Assembly (NCBI RefSeq): GCF_041956535.1
Contig: NW_027192218.1
Coordinates: 306,784-370,783 of the forward strand
Direction of reading: 5' to 3'
Length of the DNA: 64,000 nt
Origin: Calcarisporiella thermophila CBS 279.70
Taxonomy: Eukaryota > Fungi > Calcarisporiellomycota
The notes under the pieces were generated by a model. That model made no database searches, was not told where the DNA came from, and saw only the letters and a list, made by a program, of their open reading frames with translations. Of this stretch, positions 54,272 to 64,000 are shown piece after piece (within the stretch, counting starts at the first letter, position 1; every line of letters begins with the position of its first letter). The translations under genes and the position numbers were made by a program.

Positions 54272-55663
54272 ATGACGGTAACTACTTCATCGCAACCACA
54301 ATTCCGCTCAAAACGCCAACAAGTTCTTTACAATCGTCAACTACGCCATAACTCCAATGCACCCATACTAAATCAAACTGCTTTTCGCCAGTGTGAAAGG
54401 ATCTATAAGAAGCGCGGGCCAAATCCTCCCCTCACGGACGTCTTAGACTTCCACAATCTCGCTGATAACAAGGATAAACTGAGGTCAAACGTTGTAGAGG
54501 TAGAATTAAAAAAAGGACTACGAAATCTATCACCGTTATTTGGAGAATGCGATGAGAATTATTCCAAGAATGCATTAAGAGCATATGTATTGAGAAATGT
54601 TCCAGGTGATTGCATCTATCAAGATTTGCTTTTAGAATATTTTACTTATGTGATATTGCCTTCAATAGGTTTTATATTTATTCCAAACCCATGGACACCA
54701 GCTGCACAACGACACATTTTGAAAAATTGTATCGGAAAATATGCTCGGCATCCTAACAAATGCAGTCTCGATGCGAACTATGAGCTCCCAGCGGAGGGAT
54801 TATGGCCAATCCATGCGCGTATACGACAGGGAGTGCTATCTGGTAATGAATCCGACTGTTATATACCGCTTTTATCCGATGGGGGCCATGAGCAAGTACA
54901 ATATGGCGATAGACAAGATGAGGAAGGGGAAAGCAGAGAATTAGTGCGAGAAATAGAGGGGAAAAAGGCCCATGTCTCGCACCTATTAAAACGAATTCGG
55001 TGGGTAACACTTGGTTACCAATATCACTGGGGGTCCAAGAGCTATCATCTTGATCAACGTATGCCCTTTCCAAAAGATATTGGCGAGTTGAGCATTGCGG
55101 TTGCTCGCGCCGTAGAGGGTATTGGACTGGACGAACAGGAGGTTAATCAAGACGCTGTAAGCGAGGAGGGTCGAAATGGATGGCGAAATGTTTTCCCCGG
55201 TGACAAATTTCGTCCAGAGGCTGGAGTGATAAACTACTATCAGTTGCGAGACACTCTAATGGCACACGTAGATCGCAGTGAACTCTGCATGGATCCACCA
55301 CTTATTTCTTTCAGCTTCGGGCATTCTTGCATTTATCTCATGGGAGGTCCTACGAGGGATTATCCACCTGTACCAGTTTTATTAAGAAGTGGAGATATTG
55401 TGGTTATGACAGGGCCTTGTCGAAAGGGATATCACGGTAAGTGACGACAGACACAGTTATTTCTTTTACTTGAATTTGTGCAAACGCATTTTTATATATT
55501 CTGAAATGTAGGGGTTCCACGGATTTTAGAATCAACTCTGCCTGAGTACCTATACCCCAACGCAGAATGCGAAGGAGACAACGATGGCATTGACTGGACA
55601 CTGTTCGGAGAGTATATGCTCGAAACTAGAGTAAATGTGAATGTGCGACAAGTATTTCCCTAA
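54272..55663 (+). CDS. ALKBH1: AlkB homolog 1 (2OG-Fe(II) dioxygenase); 3 exons
   Basis: IRWVTLGYQYHW, PEAGVINYY, LMAHVDRSE, LRSGD, YHG|VPRI, RVNVNVRQV. Confidence 0.93.
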
Positions 55664-56506
55664 TTGAGGTGTACGTTAAATTTAATGCGTTTGTTGAGTT
55701 GTACACTCGTTTGTCATATATATCAGTGGAGAATACTTTTCCAAATCGTCAACTATTAAACTCTACTCACAACTTCAAGATCACCAAGTTTTACTGTAAT
55801 ACCTATTCTCTATCCCTTAAAGTATACTTCAAATGTTGTGAGGTACAATTGCAAAATTTACCATTCTTTTACACCCCCGCAAAGATCAGCCCAAGCCATT
55901 TCATTACAATCGGTCCTTGTAGACTCGGACCTACGTCAATAATCCCTTTTTAATGAAGTTTATTTGTTTAATGTGAACTACTTGCATGGATGCGAACTAT
56001 TTGCATGGAGTTGAAAAAGAGAAGAGAAAGAAAAAGGGATCCGTTGGTATATCTTTTTAAGAGCAATCCTCTTTATAACTGGGATAAATATTACTGTTTA
56101 ATTTGTTTTAATCGCATCTCTATAAGTCATATTTTTACAGTTATTACTATTGCCTCAAGTTAAAATTTTATCGATTTTGATTTACTTGTAGCTTAACTAA
56201 TTTACATGTGCCCATTCTCCTTCTTTAAAGAGTAAGTAATTTCTTTAATTTCGATCTTTAATACGCTTTTGATCAATCTTCCAAAAGAAATGATACAATG
56301 GAAAAATGAATACGCAAGCTCTATTTGAGATTAAATGGAACTTTAAACCCCCAATTAAATAACCAGCCGGATAACCTTTGGCTGAAATCTAGCCGATTTA
56401 GCCGTTTGTAAATTCTTATAAACCCCTTTCCCCATCCTAGATAGTGCAAAAACCACAACATTGTAAGCATATGCTATATAAGTCTGTAAAGTTTATCAAA
56501 ATAATA

Positions 56507-57064
56507 ATGGTATATCGTGTAGGTATCATTGTTAGCAGCACTCGACTAACCAGAGTGGGCAGAGATATAGCCGACGCCATTTATGATCAGATACATCTTT
56601 ACCGGAGACTAGATTATGAGATAATTGACTTACTCGAGTGGAATCTGCTAATTTTCAATGAGCCAGAGATTCCTTCGAAAGGTGTCTATGTACATGATTT
56701 GACTAAGCGCTGGAGCAAGACTATTGCCTCCAAAGATGCATTTACCTTAATGATCCCGCAGTACAATTGGGGATATCCAGCTTCACTTAATAATGCTATT
56801 GACTACCTATATTCGGGGTGGAACAACAAACCAGCAATGATCATAAGCTATGCTAATCGGGGAGGCGGCAAGGCAGCGGCCCAACTTCGACAAGTTCTTG
56901 AGGGCTTGAGGATGAGACCAATTGATTCAATGCCTGGTATTAAGATCGGTGACCTAAATCTTAAGGGTGTAGATCAGCTTGTCGGGGAATATATAAATGA
57001 GATACGTGGAGGTTTAGACCAAATCATAGAATGTTCTCAGTTAAGTTGCTGTGATACTCTGTAG
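56507..57064 (+). CDS. NADPH-dependent FMN reductase (Lot6/SsuE-like), intronless, possibly decaying
   Basis: VGIIVSSTR..RVG, PQYNWGYPASLNNAIDYL, KPAMIISY, GGGKAAAQLRQV. Confidence 0.85.
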   Translation: MVYRVGIIVSSTRLTRVGRDIADAIYDQIHLYRRLDYEIIDLLEWNLLIFNEPEIPSKGVYVHDLTKRWSKTIASKDAFTLMIPQYNWGYPASLNNAIDYLYSGWNNKPAMIISYANRGGGKAAAQLRQVLEGLRMRPIDSMPGIKIGDLNLKGVDQLVGEYINEIRGGLDQIIECSQLSCCDTL

Positions 57065-58391
57065 ATATAAAATTGTGATAAAAAATAAATCGATTTCAAG
57101 TGTTAGCTTTGTCGACATTTCGTATCCAGTTTGGGTAGTCTACTAAAGTATTGTGACAATTATTTATCAATTATTTATAGTGAGTTGGAAAATTTAGGGA
57201 TGACTTTTAAATATTCGTGATAAAGATTTTTTTGTATACAATATATAATGCAATGTATTTTTTTGACGAATAGATTTGATATTACTGATGAATAGCATTC
57301 TGCTACCTTGATACTTGAAGAGGGGATACGACAGACAAGAATGGAGCTTGCGCATTTTTATCGCTATCTTCACTTTTCAGGGTTATTTATTTAGAAATGC
57401 ATAAGGTCAAACCTAAGATAAACAGAATTAAATATCTATGCGGTGCTATGGAATCCCGGTGCATTGAAAAATGTAAGGAGATAGTATCACAAGCTAACAA
57501 GCAACAGCTTTTTAGATATTTCCAATATTACTTTTTCCTGAATTTACACTTACCTAAGTATTGCTGATGTTACTATCTTTGGATACAGCAATTAACTTTT
57601 CTTCTAAGTGGACTTAAAGCACTTGTTACCAAGAGGTAATGAAGCGCTCCGGATTTAATATAGAAGTAAGTAGTTTAGTCAAAAAGTTAATGCATATTTT
57701 GTAATAAAGTGTGAAGCATGGACTAGTGAATGCCAAATTATTTATATTAGTCCGTTGCATGTTCTAGGCTAAATATCCAATCTGAAATCAAGCGACCTTG
57801 ATGCAATTGCTATTTTCAGATAGTTCATATATTTAATGACTGCATAGTAGCATTATTAAGGTATATATATCGAACATGAGCATTTTGGAATAAATAAGCC
57901 GAGTTTTATCTTACTATTTCTGAGTTATCTATCTGGATACCAATCTCAAACTATCCTAGTAGCAGGTACTGTGACAAGGGTTTTTAGGTGGAGAGAAAGA
58001 TTAAAATCCATATGATTTATTACAATCTAAAGTATACGTATAGGTATCAATAAAGGATGACGTAGCTTCATAGGCACAGAGATTTAGATGATCTGATACT
58101 AACATATATAACAGGCACGAGTGGAACGAAAAGCCACTGGAATTTGTCGACAGCGCCTTTTGATTGGATTCCGTTGCACAGATTACCCACAATGGTATAA
58201 TACTGCGATGCATAACCCAGTATTTTTCTTTATATAGTACCGAGAGCCTCTAGAGGAGACTGTGGAACGCATAGAAATAAAAGAACAGATGGAATCGGAA
58301 GATGTTTGTACTGGATGAAATGATTTGAATTGTGTCAAATTCAAAGTTAGAAAGTAAATAAATTAGAAGAATAATAAGTAGAATAAGGAAC

Positions 58392-60027
58392 ATGGAGTCC
58401 GACGAAGTAACTTGCTCGAGATCGACAACGGAGCAATCTTTGCACATGCCTCCCCCGGCTGCTCAGTTCCCACAATATTTTGGGGCATTCTCAGCATTGA
58501 AGCGAGTGTTTCTGATTACCTTTTTGCTTGCCATATGGTCAGCTATCGTTACCTGGTTAGCTCTCATTTATAACATTGGAATGGGCATTATTTTCGTGAC
58601 AGTGATTAGTATAGTTATATCATTACTCCTTGTGTTTCGAACTAATACTGCATACGACAGGCAAGAAGAATATTTTTATTTAAATGCAATCTTTATTTGC
58701 TAATTAAATCTAATTAAAATTTAGATATTGGGAAGGAAGGCGTCTCTGGTCTACTATCACATCTAATATTCGAAACATAGCACGAATTGTATGGATGCAA
58801 ACATACGTTGTTGATTCTCCAGATCCAGTTGGCGATCTTATTCAAAAGAAGAGCGTGATGAACTTGCTTCTTGCCTATGCAGTCGCCACAAAGTATTATT
58901 TGCGAGAGGACTATAATACGAACTATGACGATATCCGCTATCTTGTTAACCAACTACCCCGGTTGGGTATCCCTGCTTCGGCGAGTCCAAAAATAATCAA
59001 AAATAGTCAGTTCCATGGGAAACCCGCCTCGAAGTGGAAGAAATTTAGAAATATTCTACTGTTCTTTTTACCTGGAAGACGGCTACAACATATGCTAGCT
59101 GCGGGTACAACCAGAGAGACCACGTTAACGGAAATCAACCTGCCAAGCAATCTTCCGTTAGAGATTACTCTTCATATTTCGGGTTATTTGGAGAAACAAA
59201 TTCGCAGAGGTGCTATTACCATGGCTGCCGCTAATAATTTCATGGCGTCGATGCAAGCGTTGATCGATTGCTTGACGAGTCTTGAGCGTAAGTGTAAAAA
59301 ATGAAAGAAAGAGGAGTGTACATGTAAACCAAATCGCTTGTAAATTTAGGCATCCGCTATAATCCCATCCCACTTGCCTATTCTGTGCACCTCAAAGTGA
59401 GCTTGCTTATCTACTGCTTGCTTTTGCCATTTCAGATAGCTGATAAACTTGGCTGGTGGACTATCATGGTTGTGTGGTTCGTCTCATTCATCATGTATGG
59501 GGTTGAGGCAATTGGAGAGGAAATCGAAAATCCCTTTGGGTATGGATTTTGTCAAATGAGATTTTCTGGTTGCTTATTCTTTATCCTTGGCTAATTTTAT
59601 ATATTACCTATTTACAAGATATGATCCCAACGATCTTCCAATCGATTCGTTTTGTGATGTGATACGTCGAGAACTCAATGCAATCCAGTCCAAACCACCC
59701 GTAGATATTGAGGACTGGGCCTTTTCCACGAATTCTCGTCCCATTGAGGGATCTGAAAAGACCGCAGCGCAGCTTCGCCATATGGCCAAAAGCGAGGTAG
59801 AGACCCTATTGGCGAGAGAGGCTGAAGAGCAAAGAGCACGATTCGATCCCCGAGATCAGTATGACCGCATACTGAGAAGCAAAACATATCATGCGCGCGA
59901 ATCGAAAATGTCAAATGTTTCCTCTGAGAGCATATCTCAACGAAAGGGCTCAGCCAGTTCTGCTCCCGAGCTAGCTGTTGACATTTCGAGCGATAACGTG
60001 TATTCTTCCTTTGGCACCAGGAGCTGA
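58392..60027 (+). CDS. Bestrophin-like anion channel (YneE/Bestrophin_2 type); multi-exon
   Basis: LLVFRTNTAYDR|YWEGRRLW, LER|I..PIPLAY..HL, LLPFQ, GVEAIGEEIENPFG|YDPNDLP. Confidence 0.92.
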
Positions 60028-60514
60028 AAAATATACGTAGTCGTGAAGTTTAGCCAGAATGCTATTGTGGCCGGCTGAGGCACAAGAATGAATCTGAATG
60101 AATTTTGGTATCAGTTTGCTCAGTAACAATGAATGGTTTCGCACAAGTAAAATTGTTAAATATTATTCTATTATAGACGATTGTATTTATATAAGAAGAC
60201 ATTTTCACTTTCTTTTGACCCTTAATTACTATTATTTATACATAAAATAAAGCAACCTTTTCTAACTTAGAGAGTTCGATTTACTCCGATTGCAATTCAA
60301 TGTAAAATTGCTCTTGCTGGTTTTTTTTTTTCCAAAATTTACTACTGTGTTAATCTTTGAAAGTAAAATAATTGAAGTGTTGCGCCGTTTAATAGCATAA
60401 TAAGTTGACTAAATTATAATCAACGCATTGAGATATCAGAGAGATATTTCCGACATTTCACAAAATTGAGGTAATAAAACTATAAGATTCAAAAAGGAAT
60501 AATTCACGATAGCT

Positions 60515-63269
60515 TTAGAAATATGTGAAAAAATTACTAGGTTTGCGCAAAATATCATTCTCATAAAGAAGGTCCTGAACAGTGTTTGCAATTCGGAGAA
60601 GCAAAGCCTCATTGTACCAGGATGCCATGAATTGCACTCCAATGGGCATTCCCGTGGTATCGTATCCGGCTGGGATGCTGCGAGTAAGAGTAGACATTAG
60701 CATTTGCACTATAGGCTTACATCTGATCAACAAAATAATACGCACCTTACAGCGGGAACACCAAGGAAATTGGGTAGGAACGCAAATCGCTAGTAAAACG
60801 ATAAAAATGAATTGGTGAATCCAGCTACATTTTCAAGAGGATAACTGCTATTTACCATGCCGTATGACTGACGCATAGAATCATGTTCACCGTACTTAAG
60901 TGCTAAAATCATAAAATTGGTTTAGTGATACTAGCATCGGTGAAATCGTCGAAATAAGTATTGAAAACCTGAGTTGCTAGAAATCTTGGGTGCTGTGATT
61001 CCGGAGGTAGGTGTGATAATTGCGTCGATTTTTTGCTCTTCATAGATTTGTCGTAGTATCTCCATGGCCCTAGTCCTCACCTTCTGAGCATAAACTATTG
61101 TAATAAAAGCAAAGAGAGAAAAAAAACCGTAGATGAATAAGCAGGAGATATTTGTGAGGAAAATCAATAATTACAATAGTCCTAAAAAATAAAAAGATGA
61201 GATTAAGTAATTAGCCAGTCAGTAATATAAGCTATAGTGGTGCATCATATTTTCATGGTATTTAAAAAGGATTCATACCGTGAACGTCAAAGTCTCAATA
61301 ATGTTTAGTTGGAGCCGGTTGTGATAGGACAGTTGATTTCGTTTAGGGTGATGTTGAACTTCAGCCAAAATTTCCATACCGATGGAGACAAGATGAGCAA
61401 TCGTAATCCGATCTAGATCAGGAAATTTAAATTCAACTACACGAGCACCGCGTAACTTGAGGAGATCAAGAATTCGGCTGCAGGCCAGAGTGATTTCATT
61501 ATTCCGCACGTCATTGAAATAGTCAGGATAGATACCAATTGTCACATCCGAGAGATCCTTTATGTTATTAAAACCAGCAAGAGTTACGGGCGGAATCTCT
61601 GGCTTAACTAATTCACTGTCGACTTGATCAGGTTGTGCCATAATAGAGTATGCCAATGCGAGATCTTGTGCAGTAGTAGCAATCGGCCCAACCACAGCTA
61701 CACTAAACATAAAAAATATGCCATTAATTCCGGATCTTAATTAGTAAAGAAAGTGAAAGAATCATACGTAAAGTGAGAGCCAGCTACAAATGAAAATAAC
61801 AATAAACCAAATCAATCTCTTTATAAAACAAAGTACAAAGTGGAAAAATAGAATTACCAAATCCACGAGTCGATACTCGATCGTGAGTCGGTTTGAGACC
61901 AAAGACCCCACAGAAGGAGGAAGGCAAGCGGATACTTCCACCGCCATCAGAACCAACTGCAATTGGTACAATTCCACAACTTACAGCACAAGCAGAACCG
62001 CTACTTGACCCGCCACAATAATGAGCAGTATTATAAGGGTTTCTATTACACATAATTGAAGGTGAAGATATATTGTACAGGATAAGTGGGCATGAAATCA
62101 GCTAATACCTTGGTGAGCCAGCTATCATGTTTCCACCAATCATACTGAAAAAATGATAATGAGCATCACAAAAACTCAAAATGAATTAGCACACTGGAAT
62201 ACTTACTCGAAACCAAGCTCAATCATATTGGCCTTTCCAATGATAATAGCACCGGCCTGGCGAAGCTTTGCGACTGGGAAAGAATCCTCTACCGCAGGAT
62301 TTTGTTGATTGAAAATACAGGTACCATTGCGTGTTTCATATCCCTGAACATCGCTATCATCTTTCACAATAATCGGCACACCATCCAGGGATCCACGTGA
62401 ACTGTTCTTCTCATATCTGTAGCGAACGAGCATCGAAGAGAAGATGAATAATTAGTAGAGAGGAATTTTCATATTGATGCCTCACCTGGCAGTGGCAGAG
62501 CGAGCTTGCGCAAGAATATCATTCTCATTGTATTGATTTATGAACACCAAGTTCTCTGATGCTTTTAAATAGTCAAGAAGCTTTTCCGCCACCTGTAAAC
62601 AGTAAATAAAGCAGAGATGATAAATAAATTTAATAAGGTCTGCAGCTCCGTGGAGCATGAATAATATTTTACTTCGAGAGGTGTGGTTTTTTTGCTCAGA
62701 TAAGCTTCATGAAGATCGAAGGCGGAAAAACGTCGGAAACCTTGATGAGATTCGTTGGAAGATTCAACATTAAGTTCCAGAGTAACGCTTGTCTAGAAAG
62801 AAAAAAAACTTAGCCTAAAGTGCATTAAATTCACTTTCAAGAAAATAAGCTTGTACTAATAATGAATAATTTGCCATCGTTTATACATCGGCATTCGTAA
62901 GAGAAGAAGTAGGGATTGAAATGTAAAAGGACTGACCTTTGGCAGGATGTTAAATCCTACCGGATGAGTTATCACTCTCGATGTTGGTAATTCGGTGTGC
63001 CCACGTAATTTGAACAAACCTGAGATCCTTGCAAGAAAACTATTAAGTCCAATGATTTTTCCGATATTATCGGTGAGTATGGCCATTAACGCCAAGGGGA
63101 GCCCCACCAAGGGAGGAGAAACTACGGTGTGGGCTTTATACTCTAACTAAAATTTACTTGTTACTACAGCACTTGCAATGGACATTTAAAACATCAGATA
63201 GAATGTCCGGATATCAGCCAATTTAGTCGCCGGCATTTTCAAGAAACCTACATTGTTGTTGGAAACCAT
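60515..63269 (-). CDS. Amidase-signature family enzyme (fatty-acid amide hydrolase-like); many exons
   Basis: [60 protein letters not shown]. Confidence 0.9.
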
Positions 63270-63467
63270 CATAAATTCAAAAGACAAGGGCGAAAATTTA
63301 AATCCGACAAAGTAATAGCTTTAGTTCGGGACACTAGTTTGAAATAAATGCACGTGTGGAAATTTCCGAGATTATTAGCAGTATCGAGAAAAAAATTCTT
63401 GGAATCCACCTGATTTTATATTAATTAACATCTCATCCTAATGAATTGTGAAGATTTTCATGTGGTT

Positions 63468-63564
63468 GTAATTAGAAAAGGCTCAAAAAAAGGAAACAAA
63501 TTCTTTGTAATTAGAAAAGGTTCAAAAATGGAAACAACGCGTAACTAGAAAAGATTCAACAACG
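63468..63564. repeat. Degenerate tandem repeat, 3 units of ~34-39 bp
   Basis: gtaa(t/c)tagaaaag(g/a)(c/t)tcaa.. begins at 63468, 63507 and 63541. Confidence 0.75.
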
Positions 63565-64000
63565 TACCACATTTTGAAAAAGTAAACGAGGTCCTTCAAC
63601 AACCGCCAGGCTACTTTATGGCTATAGAAGAGGAAAATATTAACAGGTAATCGGTATCCTCGAAATCATTAATACGTCTGTTAAAAAAAGCTTAACCAAA
63701 AAGAAGAGAGGTTAGCTTACGATAGATCGTATCGATAATACCAAAATTGTATCATTAAAGTGCTTGTGCTCTTGAACTCTGCTATAGCATTAATCACTTC
63801 TTGTCCATAAGATACTTGTCGATTAACTTGCCCAGGAAATTGTAGTTATTGTTGACACTAGTTATCAGTTGCCGGATACTATATCCAAGGGTCAGATAAG
63901 ATATAATTGGCTCACCTGATTATACAGTCTGTGTGAATCTTAATATAGCTATTCATGGTCAAAGCTTCTAGGTCTACATATGGGAGATTCCAAGGCTGAG

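Noticed and set aside
54607-54669. Stop-free 3n introns read through in the ORF track (ALKBH1 here; also TRZ1 ~51204-51269)
   Set aside because: Canonical GT-AG introns interrupting conserved motifs; no evidence of functional retention.

Overview
Gene-dense, intron-rich eukaryotic DNA. Short GT-AG introns with CTRAY branch points, a Kre2/Mnt1 mannosyltransferase, a Bck1-like MAPKKK, and animal-shared genes (U2SURP, TMEM62, PTTG1IP-like) suggest an early-diverging fungus; the taxon is an inference. The window holds about 27 protein-coding genes, mostly housekeeping, and three tRNA-Gln(CTG) genes. The left ~10 kb is much more GC-rich than the rest. The best non-routine signal is at 28.3-29.0 kb: a complete ~340-bp tRNA-derived SINE with A/B boxes, a CCA-ended tRNA-like head, no T4 run, a 3' stem-loop, an A11 tail and a 17-bp target-site duplication. 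It sits 68-84 nt upstream of a tRNA-Gln gene and directly abuts a LINE reverse-transcriptase remnant. A second identical tRNA-Gln gene also has a LINE remnant (CCHC 3' end) just upstream in the same orientation. Together these suggest a tRNA-gene-targeted LINE/SINE system. Other leads: a coiled-coil protein with a spliced CC1-box-like motif (candidate dynein adaptor), a non-AUG mitochondrial presequence on tRNase Z, alternative first exons in a septin, a GC-AG intron and a 7-nt microexon. Exon boundaries were read by eye; no database searches were run.
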